Sequence record: OL744216.1
DNA: 64,000 bases
Source of the DNA: Enterobacter phage vB_ExiM_F4M1E
Direction: 5' to 3' (one strand)
Part shown: in pieces, positions 11,115-20,349 of the stretch
Layout of the letters: the number at the start of each line of letters is the position of its first letter
How positions within the stretch are numbered: the first letter of the stretch is position 1
Notes under the pieces: generated by a model
Database searches by the model: none
Seen by the model: only the letters and a program-made list of their open reading frames with translations
What the model was told of the DNA's origin: nothing
Made by a program: the position numbers and the translations under genes

Positions 11115-11447
11115 ATGGCAGCAATTGGCGGCGCATCCCTTGGTGTCCTGACTGGTTACCAGATTATGGACCAAGCTACCGGAGAAAGCAAGACCATCTC
11201 CGAACTTTTCGCAGGTGGCGGCGGTACTCCGGGACCTAAAGGCGACAAAGGTGATAAGGGCGACACTGGTGATACCGGACCAGCAGGTCCAGCAGGCCCG
11301 GCTGGAGCGGCAGGTGCAGACGGCGAAGATGGTGTTGGTATCACCAACATTACGGCGGCTACCTCTGGCAACACCGTTACCCTGACCTTCACCATGTCTG
11401 ATTCTACAACGAAGACCGCATCTTTCGATCTTCCAGCATCAGCCTAA
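11115..11447 (+). CDS. small collagen-like protein
   Basis: 110 aa; ~15 Gly-X-Y triplets ([37 protein letters not shown]) followed by a short beta-rich C-terminus; start is 1 nt after the upstream stop. Confidence 0.65.
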   Translation: MAAIGGASLGVLTGYQIMDQATGESKTISELFAGGGGTPGPKGDKGDKGDTGDTGPAGPAGPAGAAGADGEDGVGITNITAATSGNTVTLTFTMSDSTTKTASFDLPASA

Positions 11448-11450
11448 TCA

Positions 11451-11478
11451 AAGCCGCCTCCGGGCGGCTTTCTTTTTG
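11451..11478 (+). terminator. rho-independent terminator closing fibre cassette
   Basis: AAGCCGCC-tccg-GGCGGCTT followed by tctttttg. Confidence 0.8.
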
Positions 11479-11485
11479 CCTGTCA

Positions 11486-11514
11486 ATGACTTTTTGTGAC
11501 CAACATGATAAAAT
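11486..11514 (+). promoter_or_regulatory. possible promoter (extended -10 TGaTAAAAT)
   Basis: aTGACt, 17 nt, TGATAAAAT, lying 19 nt upstream of the 11533 gene; only a partial match to the sigma70 consensus. Confidence 0.3.
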
Positions 11515-11532
11515 GGTTGCACTGGCTAAAGC

Positions 11533-12072
11533 ATGGAGACTATTATGACCAACGAACAAGTAATTGAGCTTGTCCGTGTCCTCCTTGGTGGGATCACCAC
11601 TGAGGAAATTTCGGACCAGACGATCATCTTCTTCTGGACCAAGTGGAAGCTGACGTATGATTTGGATAACCACCCGGAGAAGATTCCGGTGGCCCTGTAC
11701 AACACCGTTGTTGACTGTGTGCGTTGGTTGATCGTACAAGAAGTCTCCAGCGGAAATTCATCAATTCGTGAGCGATTTGAAAAGATCGGTGATGAGACCA
11801 TTTCCATCAAGGGCGGATCAAGCTGGCAATCCTGGAAAGAGTTCCTTGATTGGCTGGAACTGAACCCTGATTACATTGACCCATCTCTGAACTTCAACTC
11901 CTCCCTTGTCATCATCGGTGGTGTTCGTAAAGATGAGTTCTTCCGTGTGAAGAATAACCCTAACTCCTACAACGGCTTTATGGAGCAGGGTGTTTATCCT
12001 ACCCCAGCGATCCCTAAGCAGTCAGCATGGCCTTGCACTGCTGCCCGCCGTAGCCCTTGGATGGTCCGCTAA
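11533..12072 (+). CDS. head-tail connector / head completion protein (putative)
   Basis: 179 aa; first gene after the cassette terminator, ahead of the neck/sheath genes; position-based call. Confidence 0.4.
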   Translation: METIMTNEQVIELVRVLLGGITTEEISDQTIIFFWTKWKLTYDLDNHPEKIPVALYNTVVDCVRWLIVQEVSSGNSSIRERFEKIGDETISIKGGSSWQSWKEFLDWLELNPDYIDPSLNFNSSLVIIGGVRKDEFFRVKNNPNSYNGFMEQGVYPTPAIPKQSAWPCTAARRSPWMVR

Positions 12073-12134
12073 AGCGTTGACTTTGTTGCTTTTGCTGACC
12101 TATTGTGGTAAAATAACTTTCATGGGGAAATACC

Positions 12135-12596
12135 GTGGCAAAGAAGTCATTCACTGACATCTCTGAATTGAAGCGGTATTTCAGCCAACTCTCTGATTTA
12201 GCTGAGAAAGAAGTGGAGTCCGGTTTTTACGACGACAAACACTATTCTGGGCTGAATATGGCGACTCTTGCCGCCATCCATGAAGAAGGCTGGAATAACC
12301 TTCCTGAGCGTAACTTCATGTTCTCAACCTCCCTGCACTTCCAAGAAGGTCTCCGCAAGCATATTAAACGTATGCACAACGGGATCATCCAAGGTCGGCA
12401 TTTCAATAGCTACCTTGAGAAAATCGGAAAGGACGCAGCAGACAGTATTCGCTTCACGATCTCAACAGGTACATTCAGCAATCCAAAGGTATCAAAAGAC
12501 TGGGCGAGTTACAAGGGGTTCGATGACGCAATGATTCACTATGGTGACTTGTCGAGTGCGGCAACGTACAAGGTCGTCAAGTACCAAGGCAAATAA
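12135..12596 (+). CDS. neck/head closure protein (putative)
   Basis: 153 aa in the neck gene block; no motif recognised. Confidence 0.4.
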   Translation: MAKKSFTDISELKRYFSQLSDLAEKEVESGFYDDKHYSGLNMATLAAIHEEGWNNLPERNFMFSTSLHFQEGLRKHIKRMHNGIIQGRHFNSYLEKIGKDAADSIRFTISTGTFSNPKVSKDWASYKGFDDAMIHYGDLSSAATYKVVKYQGK

Positions 12597-12606
12597 GGGG
12601 TGACTG

Positions 12607-13053
12607 ATGGCATTGCCAAGAGCTTATTCGTTGCTCTCAAGCCGCAACAAACTCATCCCTCGTGTCGAAGTGCAATGTCGGAAACGTGAGTGGGTTAAGA
12701 CTGACCCTGATAGTCCGTTTCTGAACGGCGGGCGGGAGGTACTGTACACCCCGTTCACTGCCGTTGAATGCACCATTCAACCGATGCGTGGGAAAGCCAT
12801 TCGTGACCAGAACAACCAGTTGATGATCGGCGGTGAAGAGGATTATGATTCCTACACCGTTTACTCTGAGACTCTTCTGTTCCGAGCACGAGAGGGCACA
12901 GAACATCTTTCCGATCAGATGTTGCTGCCGGACTCCGGCGGCGGTGAGACATGGTTCACAGTGATGAAAGCGGATATGTATCCGTCTTCCGGTGTGAAGC
13001 GTTACCGCTATTATCTGATCGCTGTCCCGGTAGGGACTGAGGGAGGACTATAA
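12607..13053 (+). CDS. neck/tail completion protein (putative)
   Basis: 148 aa; RBS GGGGTG; start overlaps the next gene (TAATGG). Confidence 0.4.
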   Translation: MALPRAYSLLSSRNKLIPRVEVQCRKREWVKTDPDSPFLNGGREVLYTPFTAVECTIQPMRGKAIRDQNNQLMIGGEEDYDSYTVYSETLLFRAREGTEHLSDQMLLPDSGGGETWFTVMKADMYPSSGVKRYRYYLIAVPVGTEGGL

Positions 13054-13760
13054 TGGCCCTCCCTCTTGATTTTACAAACTCAGATGTCGTGATGGGAGCA
13101 TTGACCAAGGCTGTCGGTCGTCTCTGTCTGGACGTAACGGGATATGATGTCGTTGAAGCTGATGAGACCATTCCAAAACCGGAAGGGCCATACATCCTCG
13201 TAGACCTGTCTCTGCTTACCCCTCTCGACTGGGCAACAAACGAAGTGGTTGATGAAGATGGGGTCGTTCATACGGCTCACAACTACACTGCCAGCTATAC
13301 CCTCACCGCTTACCGTGGGAAACCTCACTGGGCATTGTCCCGGGTGCATCAGGCTTTCGGCCTGCCGTTCCTTCGTGAGAAATACTTCCCAACGGGATCT
13401 CCATATGCGTACTCCTCCACCTCAAACATTGCTCGAATGCGTGTACCGCTGAACCAGCAAATGTTCGAGAATCGAGCGCGAACCATTGTTACTTTCAATG
13501 CGACATTCGTAGAGAAAGATCTTGGGACGTTCGAGGATATCGAGCACATCATTATCGGGGTCGATGTTGACAACCCTTCAGGTCCGCCTATTGGTATTGA
13601 AGCAGACTATGACGAAGGTGTCAAGCCCGGCGGTGATGACCCTGGCCTACCACCAAAGCCTAACCCTCCGATCGTCTACCATGACGCTATCGCACAGGTT
13701 TGTATGGCAACTCCGGTTATTGATAAGCCAGCGCTTATCAGTGACAAGACGGGGGAGTAA
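13053..13760 (+). CDS. neck/tail terminator-like protein (putative)
   Basis: 235 aa immediately upstream of the sheath gene; RBS GAGGGAGGA. Confidence 0.4.
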   Translation: MALPLDFTNSDVVMGALTKAVGRLCLDVTGYDVVEADETIPKPEGPYILVDLSLLTPLDWATNEVVDEDGVVHTAHNYTASYTLTAYRGKPHWALSRVHQAFGLPFLREKYFPTGSPYAYSSTSNIARMRVPLNQQMFENRARTIVTFNATFVEKDLGTFEDIEHIIIGVDVDNPSGPPIGIEADYDEGVKPGGDDPGLPPKPNPPIVYHDAIAQVCMATPVIDKPALISDKTGE

Positions 13761-13820
13761 TCCCCCACATATTGGCACATTCGTGCTGGTCAATAATCGT
13801 TCAGAAGCAGAGGACACAAA

Positions 13821-15242
13821 ATGGCTGAATATCAAGACAAGGTTGTTGACGTTGAGGTTAGCCTTGGCACTCAACCAATCGACACCGTTGGCTTTGAAAC
13901 CCCGATGTTCCTGGCAATCCACAACAACTTCCCAGAGCGTGTCCGTTTCTACGTGTCCACTGCTGGGATGATTGCTGATGGTTTTGCAGTAGGTTCCCCG
14001 GCTTACCAGTTCGCCACTAACGCCTTCGCAGGGAACTTCGCCCCGCAGCGTGTTGGTATCGGACGTATGGCAATGGGATCTACCAAGGTGGACTTCACCG
14101 GGACCTCAAACACCGAACAGGTTGTCGTTAATATCACCTTGAATAAGATCGTCAAGGCTGTTAAAATTAACGTACTGCCTGGCAACACCCCGGCACAGAT
14201 TGCTACGGCACTGGCTGATGCGGTTACCGCAGATGCAGATCTGACTGGAAAAGTCACCGCAACCGCTACCGGAACTTATGTGACCTTCACAGCGGTATCT
14301 CCGAACGTTGTGAGTGTAGGAAAAGGCGCAGGCAACTACAAGATCGTTAACGAGTCTACAGAGACTGTTGCAACTGCACTGCCTTTCGTTATCGCAGAGA
14401 ACCACAACTGGTACTTCCTGTCCACCGAAGCCCGTGCAGATGCGGACATCGTAGCGGCGGCTGAGTTCTCCAAGGCGAACTATAAGCTGCACGTTTATAA
14501 CTCCACCGATGTGGACGCTTACGCCCCTGAGAACTCTGCGGCTTCTGTGTTTGACACGCTGAAGTCTCTGAGCTACGACTCTCTGGGAACCTCCGACGCT
14601 GGCGCTGACGTTGACTTCACTGAAGGCTCCGTTATCGGTGCGATGGCTGCGAACGATCCTTCCTACGGTGACTCCCTGCACCTGAAAACGATGCCGGGTA
14701 TGGTTCCGTTTGTTGGCTCTGACACTCAGCGTTCAAACGCTTGGTCTCGTAACGCAAACATCTACCGTAGCCTGTACGGCGGTGGTAGCTACATCGAAGG
14801 TAAAACTTCTTCCGGTCAGTACGTTGACGTGATTCGCTTCTCCCACTGGGTGAAATTCCGTATGGAAGAATCCGTGTTCGCGTACATGAAGCGCCGTTCT
14901 GACATGGGTCTGTCCATGAAGATGAGCGACGAAGACCTTCCTGTTCTGAAGTCTGTACTGATGAACAACCCGATCAACATCGGTATTCGTAATGGTGCAA
15001 TCCTGACTGGTTACGACACTGAAAACAAAGTGTCCTACGACCCGACGATCACTATTCCGAAACGTGCCGAGATCCCGACGAATGACCTTGCTGCACGTAT
15101 CCTGCGTGATGTGAAGGTAGAGCTTGTGTACAACAACTCTCTGCACTACGTCAAGATCCGCGCCGCCGTTGTTCTGGATCGTCCGGCGGGCCAGAGCACT
15201 AACGCTCAGACCCCGATGTCTTCCTCTGCTGTAGGAGTGTAA
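13821..15242 (+). CDS. tail sheath protein
   Basis: 473 aa followed by a tube-sized gene, a frameshifted chaperone and the tape measure, which is the canonical contractile-tail order. N-terminus MAEYQDKVVDVEVSL resembles the N-terminus of the collagen fibre protein. Confidence 0.6.
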   Translation: MAEYQDKVVDVEVSLGTQPIDTVGFETPMFLAIHNNFPERVRFYVSTAGMIADGFAVGSPAYQFATNAFAGNFAPQRVGIGRMAMGSTKVDFTGTSNTEQVVVNITLNKIVKAVKINVLPGNTPAQIATALADAVTADADLTGKVTATATGTYVTFTAVSPNVVSVGKGAGNYKIVNESTETVATALPFVIAENHNWYFLSTEARADADIVAAAEFSKANYKLHVYNSTDVDAYAPENSAASVFDTLKSLSYDSLGTSDAGADVDFTEGSVIGAMAANDPSYGDSLHLKTMPGMVPFVGSDTQRSNAWSRNANIYRSLYGGGSYIEGKTSSGQYVDVIRFSHWVKFRMEESVFAYMKRRSDMGLSMKMSDEDLPVLKSVLMNNPINIGIRNGAILTGYDTENKVSYDPTITIPKRAEIPTNDLAARILRDVKVELVYNNSLHYVKIRAAVVLDRPAGQSTNAQTPMSSSAVGV

Positions 15243-15245
15243 TAG

Positions 15246-15728
15246 ATGCTGAACCAATCCAAAATCCTGACGCTTCAGGCGTATGACCCGGCGAAAGTCT
15301 TGGTCTTTATTGGTGGACAGCGTGTCTCTGGATTTGCAGCGGATACGAAGATCGTTATTACTCGTAACAACGACAACATCTCCGTTCATGCGGGTGTTGA
15401 CGGCGAGATCAGTAACGCACTGTCCCGTGACAACACCGGGGTTATGACCCTCTCTCTCCAGAACACCGCCAAATGGAACGGCTATCTGGCTCAGTGGCAG
15501 CGTCAGGCTAACGTAACTGGCCTGATTTACCTGCCAGTCCAAGTCGAAGGTTCTCAGGGTCTGTCTCTGAACACTATCGGTTGGATTCAGAAACAGCCTG
15601 ACCTGAGCTACGGCTCCGAAGTCGGTCAGATGGACTGGGAGATTGGTGTACTGGACGCATGGCTGTCTCCGGACCAGATCCAAGGCGTCGCCGCTGGCCT
15701 GACCGGGCTGGTTGGTCTGGACCAATAA
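15246..15728 (+). CDS. tail tube protein (putative)
   Basis: 160 aa directly after the sheath (the 4-nt gap suggests coupling). Confidence 0.55.
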   Translation: MLNQSKILTLQAYDPAKVLVFIGGQRVSGFAADTKIVITRNNDNISVHAGVDGEISNALSRDNTGVMTLSLQNTAKWNGYLAQWQRQANVTGLIYLPVQVEGSQGLSLNTIGWIQKQPDLSYGSEVGQMDWEIGVLDAWLSPDQIQGVAAGLTGLVGLDQ

Positions 15729-15799
15729 CAACGTGAGCCACATGGATGTGGCCTTTTCTCACGGTATGGACTTTTCAACAGAAGACACAGGAGTGTATC

Positions 15800-16267
15800 A
15801 TGTTTAAGGTTAAGAAGTCAACAGACATTGTTCTGTGTGGCGGAAAGCGCTTTACTGTATATCACTGGTCACCGAGCCAAGTGATTCGAAACATGCCTAA
15901 AATTGGTCGTCTTGTGGCGGTTCCGATGGGCACAGTTGCCGGGTCTGCCCTGGCAAAAGGGGAAGGCTTCCACGATGCTCTCCCAACAGCGATCCTGTAC
16001 ATCCTTGACCAGATCGAGGACGGAGGTGAAGAGATCATCAACATGTTGCTCGAAGGTGTAGAAGTAGACAGCATGGGTGGTCCAATCGACATTGATGAAG
16101 TGTTTGATGGACACGTCGAAGACCTGATTACATTGCTCGGAAAGGTAGTTGAAATCAACTATGGCTGTTTTTTCAGCAAGAGCGGTTTCGGGACCATCGA
16201 CAGCTTCCTCAAGAGCCTGGGGCTGGCACGAGCGGTGGACAACCTGGACAACCAGACGGAAACCTGA
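15800..16267 (+). CDS. tail assembly chaperone (G-like, 0-frame product)
   Basis: Start chosen at MFKVKK after ACAGGAG (the track ORF begins at 15746). Lies immediately upstream of the tape measure and contains the slippery heptamer near its 3' end. Confidence 0.6.
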   Translation: MFKVKKSTDIVLCGGKRFTVYHWSPSQVIRNMPKIGRLVAVPMGTVAGSALAKGEGFHDALPTAILYILDQIEDGGEEIINMLLEGVEVDSMGGPIDIDEVFDGHVEDLITLLGKVVEINYGCFFSKSGFGTIDSFLKSLGLARAVDNLDNQTET

Positions 16268-16539
16268 TCCCGCTGACCACCGTAGAGAAAGCAATTGAGT
16301 ATACACGGAAGAACTCTTCTCTAAAATGGTACGACTACCTCTACTTCAGGGTAATGGAGCGGTTCAAGGGTGTCAACGAGATTTCGATCGAATCTGGTGA
16401 TATGGATGACCTTCTGAAGAAAAACGAGTATCTGGACATTCAGGACTTCGTTCAGGAGGCCAAGCAAAAGGATATCGATCAGGCTCGGAAGAATGCTGAA
16501 CAAGCGGCCCGCACAAACAAGAAGTTCAGGGGTGGATAA
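16153..16539 (+). CDS. -1 frame extension of tail assembly chaperone (GT-like fusion ORF)
   Basis: The -1 frame is open from 16153 (just after a TGA at 16150) to TAA at 16537, overlapping the last 115 nt of the chaperone ORF; T_TTT_TTC lies in the overlap. Confidence 0.55.
   Translation, partial: NQLWLFFQQERFRDHRQLPQEPGAGTSGGQPGQPDGNLIPLTTVEKAIEYTRKNSSLKWYDYLYFRVMERFKGVNEISIESGDMDDLLKKNEYLDIQDFVQEAKQKDIDQARKNAEQAARTNKKFRGG
16168..16174 (+). other. programmed -1 ribosomal frameshift slippery heptamer T_TTT_TTC
   Basis: X_XXY_YYZ motif in the 0-frame (tgt ttt ttc); after slippage reading continues cag caa gag... into the 16153-16539 ORF. Confidence 0.55.
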
Positions 16540-16576
16540 GGGCTGGAGTCGAAAGACTCTGGCCTTTTCTTTTTTC
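16540..16576 (+). terminator. hairpin + U-tract (partial terminator) before tape measure gene
   Basis: GGCTGGAGTC-gaaa-GACTCTGGCC followed by ttttcttttttc. Confidence 0.45.
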
Positions 16577-16606
16577 AGGCGATAGAATACTGCCGGAGGA
16601 GAAGCA

Positions 16607-19039
16607 ATGGCAAGTGGTAACGTAATTGTCACCAAAACAGTCAACCGTACTACGTTTGAGGTAGACAAATCATCTTATGCCAAGGCGGTCAAACAGATCC
16701 GCCAGGTGGGCAAAGAATGGGAGAAGGCATCTGATGCAGTCTCCAAACCAAAGAAGGACCCGGCTAAAGCCTACGATAAGTCGGCTCAACGTATGCGTTT
16801 GGTGAACAAGCGCCTGGCAGAAACCCGTGCCCGGGAGGAGAAACGAGCCTCTGACATCAGTATCGCAAATGCCAAGCGTGAAGCGAGAGCCAAAGAGGCC
16901 ATTGCCAAAGTCTCCGCTGCCCGTATCAAGCAACAGGTCAAGCAGATGACTGCTCCTCGCGCCGGGATGAGCGAGATGAAGAAATTCTACCAGCAGCAGG
17001 AACGTGAGGCTAAAAAGGCCAACCGCAAGGCCACCACTGGCATGAACGCTGCATCTCGTCCAATGAACGTCACCCGGATCAACTCTGTTCAGCTTCCTCC
17101 TCGTGGTGGTACTGGCACAGGAATGGTAGGTGATCCGAACAAAATTTACAACCCTGAATTGATTGCTGCCCAAAACCGTGCGATGGCAGGCCGTATCCGT
17201 AGTCAGTCTCAGGCCCAAGATCGTAAGACAAAAGCGGAGACTCGTCAACGAGCAGCCGCCGCAGCACGTGCTGCCCGCATTGATGATGTGATGGCCCAGC
17301 AACGTATCCGCCTGTCTTCCAAATATGGTCGCAGCTATGAGGGCCGTCTTGGTAGAGATAGTGCAGGTCAGGGCATTCAGGACTTGAACCGCCAGTTCCG
17401 TGCTGGTACACTGTCAGCAGGTCAGTATCGCCAGAGTATTCAAGCTCTGGAACGCCAGTTCCGTTCCGCACAGGCAAGTGCAGGCGGGTTTGGGGCGGTC
17501 CTCGGAGATATTCGGTCCCAGTTGTTGGGTGCCGGGGCAGCATACGGTGTATTTGCCGCAGGCGCAAGTGTTCTTCAACAGGGTCAGTTCTTCCAGGGTA
17601 TGGATGCAACAATGACAATGGTTTCTGATTCATCAGAAGAAGCTGCAAAACGAATCCAGTTCTTGAAGGATCAGGCTTACCGTCTCGGCCTGGACCTGAA
17701 AATCGCCTCTCAGGGCTACGTGCAGATGTCCGTCAACTCCGACGGAATCCTGAACAAGGCTCAGAACGATGAACTGTTCAAAGGTTTCTCTGAGTACGCA
17801 ACGGCCCTTCAGGTTGACCCGGTTAAGTTCCAGCGTGGTATCACCGCGATCGGGCAGATGATGGGTAAAGGCCAGATCATGGCTGAAGAATTGAAAGGTC
17901 AGTTGGCTGAAGGTATTCCCGGCTCCCTGCAAGTGTTCGTGAAGGCATCTCAGGAAGCGTTCAACGACACCACCATTGACGTTGAAAAACTGATGGACAT
18001 GATGCAGAAGGGTGAACTGAAAGCTGCCAAGGTTCTGCCATTCGTAGCCAAATACTTCGCTGAAGCAGCCCGTAACGGCGGCGCGTTGGACAAGGCGTTG
18101 CACAGTAACCGTGTTGCTATGCAGCAGATGCAGCAGACTTGGGTTAACTTCCAGAATGCCATCTTTGAAGGTGGGTTCGGTGAGCAAATGACTCGTGTGT
18201 TCCGCGACTTGGCAACCATCCTCGACAGTAACGGCGAACTGGCAACCAATCTTGGTAAGTTCTTCGGATCTGTGATCGAAGGATTCTGGGACATGGTGAC
18301 AGAGATCCACGATGACTTCGTTCTCTTGGACCGTATCGTCAGCTACTACGCTGAGAAGCTCGGCTACCAAGGCGACGTGTTGAAAGACGTGTTCAACTGG
18401 GCGGGTTATGCAATCGGCATGGCAGTGTTTGTCGGTGGTCTGTACAAGATCTTCGGTATTCTGTCAAAGATTGCCGGACTCCGTGGCGCTCTGAAGGACA
18501 TCCGTGGCACAATGGGTGGAGACCTCGGAGGCGGCGGTCGTGGAGGTCGTGCTGGCCCGAACAGTGGCCCTCAACGTGGTCCTTGGGGCGGTGGCCCACG
18601 AGGATTTAAGCTCCCGGTAATGCCTGGCCCTTGGCCTATGATTGCAGGGATTATGGGGTGGAACTACCTCAATGATGAGGAAAGAAACGCATCTGCGGAG
18701 GCCCGTAACCAAGCACTGGCCCCTGCTCGTGCAACTCAGGACACCATCCAGCAAGCTGTGGCTGGAGACATGGGTCTGATGTTGAAGACGGCATTCTTCT
18801 CCTTGTTCGGTTCCAAAGCTGAAGCTCCGAGCACAACCATTGACCCTGAACGTTTGGTTACCGCAGGCATGAGTGGCCCTTACCCTGGTCCATTCCCTCT
18901 GAACCAACCTCCTCAGAAGGTCGAGGGTAACGTGACTATCGAGATCAAGGCTGGCGAATTGAAGAACATGATTCGTGCCGTTGTTGACGAGAACAACCAG
19001 TTCAACTTCAACATGCTCATCCAAGGTGGGCCTAACTAA
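16607..19039 (+). CDS. tail tape measure protein
   Basis: 810 aa; Ala/Gln/Arg/Lys-rich coiled-coil N-terminal half, hydrophobic segment, and a Gly-rich C-terminus (GGDLGGGGRGGRAGPNSGPQRGPWGGGPRG); follows the chaperone frameshift pair. Confidence 0.8.
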   Translation: MASGNVIVTKTVNRTTFEVDKSSYAKAVKQIRQVGKEWEKASDAVSKPKKDPAKAYDKSAQRMRLVNKRLAETRAREEKRASDISIANAKREARAKEAIAKVSAARIKQQVKQMTAPRAGMSEMKKFYQQQEREAKKANRKATTGMNAASRPMNVTRINSVQLPPRGGTGTGMVGDPNKIYNPELIAAQNRAMAGRIRSQSQAQDRKTKAETRQRAAAAARAARIDDVMAQQRIRLSSKYGRSYEGRLGRDSAGQGIQDLNRQFRAGTLSAGQYRQSIQALERQFRSAQASAGGFGAVLGDIRSQLLGAGAAYGVFAAGASVLQQGQFFQGMDATMTMVSDSSEEAAKRIQFLKDQAYRLGLDLKIASQGYVQMSVNSDGILNKAQNDELFKGFSEYATALQVDPVKFQRGITAIGQMMGKGQIMAEELKGQLAEGIPGSLQVFVKASQEAFNDTTIDVEKLMDMMQKGELKAAKVLPFVAKYFAEAARNGGALDKALHSNRVAMQQMQQTWVNFQNAIFEGGFGEQMTRVFRDLATILDSNGELATNLGKFFGSVIEGFWDMVTEIHDDFVLLDRIVSYYAEKLGYQGDVLKDVFNWAGYAIGMAVFVGGLYKIFGILSKIAGLRGALKDIRGTMGGDLGGGGRGGRAGPNSGPQRGPWGGGPRGFKLPVMPGPWPMIAGIMGWNYLNDEERNASAEARNQALAPARATQDTIQQAVAGDMGLMLKTAFFSLFGSKAEAPSTTIDPERLVTAGMSGPYPGPFPLNQPPQKVEGNVTIEIKAGELKNMIRAVVDENNQFNFNMLIQGGPN

Positions 19040-19040
19040 T

Positions 19041-19066
19041 CAAGGGGCTTCGGCCCCTTTTTTATT
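19041..19066 (+). terminator. rho-independent terminator after tape measure gene
   Basis: AAGGGGC-ttcg-GCCCCTT followed by tttttt. Confidence 0.75.
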
Positions 19067-19105
19067 GCCTGTATTCATGCTAAAATACTATCACAGGAGG
19101 ACTTT

Positions 19106-19960
19106 ATGGCTGTGAACAACAATTTTATTTCGCCTGCCCAGCAGGCTCAGGCAGATAAGCGGGCACGAGACGCTGCCGCTGCCAAGAGAAAGCAGGATAC
19201 GGAAGTCAGTAACGCCAAGTCTCGTGAAGACATTCAGTACACGATGTTCGTTTCTGGCCTGCGCCGTGGTCGCCTTAACGAGTTCGAGAGTAAAAACCAG
19301 ACCGATGATCTGGCAATCCTCTTCGACTCCGTTACCAACCATACTTACACAAAGGACTACAACAAGTCAAGTTATGCGGTGGAATCAAAGGCAAAAGCCT
19401 CTGACCACGTAACAACGCAGGATGGCAAGTTCACGTTCTCCGGTACAGTTACCGACTCCCCTTATCTTATCGACCCTCGCAACATGATCGACAGGGATAC
19501 GGATAAGGACAACCCAATGCTCGCCCGCCGCCCGGCGAAGGCGATTGAGATTCTGGAACTCATTGCTGACTCACATCAGCTTGTAACTCTCGTCACTGAA
19601 GACAATATCCTGACTAACTATGTCATTACCAACTTCCAGATTGATCGTAATGACCAGACAGGATCTTCAATCGGCGTCCAAGTGACTCTCGAAGAGTTCC
19701 GTTTCAAGAATGCCAATAAAACTGTCTTGGCCCGAACTGCCGATCCAAAAAAGGCTGGCAATGCCAACTCCGGGACTAAACAGACGGCTGAAGGCGGTGC
19801 TGTGGATGATAGCGCCAAACAGAAGCGTCAAACCCCGTACATTGGGAAAAATGCTGCAATAAAAGAACGTTGGGAAAATGCCGCTGTCGGCACAACGGAC
19901 TTCTCCGGTAAGCCGGGGGCGAAGCTGCCATTTGACCCTAACTCACTCAAGAGGCCGTAA
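19106..19960 (+). CDS. tail/baseplate protein (DNA-circulation-like position)
   Basis: 284 aa; first gene after the tape measure, as in the Mu gp43 position; RBS AGGAGG. Confidence 0.4.
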   Translation: MAVNNNFISPAQQAQADKRARDAAAAKRKQDTEVSNAKSREDIQYTMFVSGLRRGRLNEFESKNQTDDLAILFDSVTNHTYTKDYNKSSYAVESKAKASDHVTTQDGKFTFSGTVTDSPYLIDPRNMIDRDTDKDNPMLARRPAKAIEILELIADSHQLVTLVTEDNILTNYVITNFQIDRNDQTGSSIGVQVTLEEFRFKNANKTVLARTADPKKAGNANSGTKQTAEGGAVDDSAKQKRQTPYIGKNAAIKERWENAAVGTTDFSGKPGAKLPFDPNSLKRP

Positions 19961-19962
19961 CA

Positions 19963-20349
19963 ATGTCTGATATCACTGCGGATCTGCCCGCCTCTACTGT
20001 TGTCCGAACGTTCGACTTTGAACTCAGTGGATACCCGGATGAAACATTCCGTGTGGTTCTGGATTCAGTTACTTACGAACTCCGTTTCATGTGGAACGAG
20101 CGCGATGAGTCTTGGTTCATGTCCTTTGGGGATGTCGGTGCCCAGCGCCCTACCATCACCACGAAACTGACCTGCTATTCAGACATTCTAGCGCCTTATC
20201 GTTACCTTGACAACATCCCGGACGGAAACCTTTATCTGTGGCCTCTTGCGGACATCAGAACCCGCGCCGGGCGCTTCAACATTGGACCTTTGAAAGGGGT
20301 CCATATGACTTATTCATCCCGTATTGAGGATGTGGAGGACCTTGAATAA
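19963..20349 (+). CDS. small tail/baseplate protein
   Basis: 128 aa, coupled to its neighbours (3-nt gap; ATGA-type overlap at 20349). Confidence 0.4.
   Translation: MSDITADLPASTVVRTFDFELSGYPDETFRVVLDSVTYELRFMWNERDESWFMSFGDVGAQRPTITTKLTCYSDILAPYRYLDNIPDGNLYLWPLADIRTRAGRFNIGPLKGVHMTYSSRIEDVEDLE

Noticed and set aside
12068-12110. TTGACT hexamer upstream of the 12135 gene as a promoter
   Set aside because: No acceptable -10 element at 16-18 nt spacing (nearest TAAAAT is 26 nt away).
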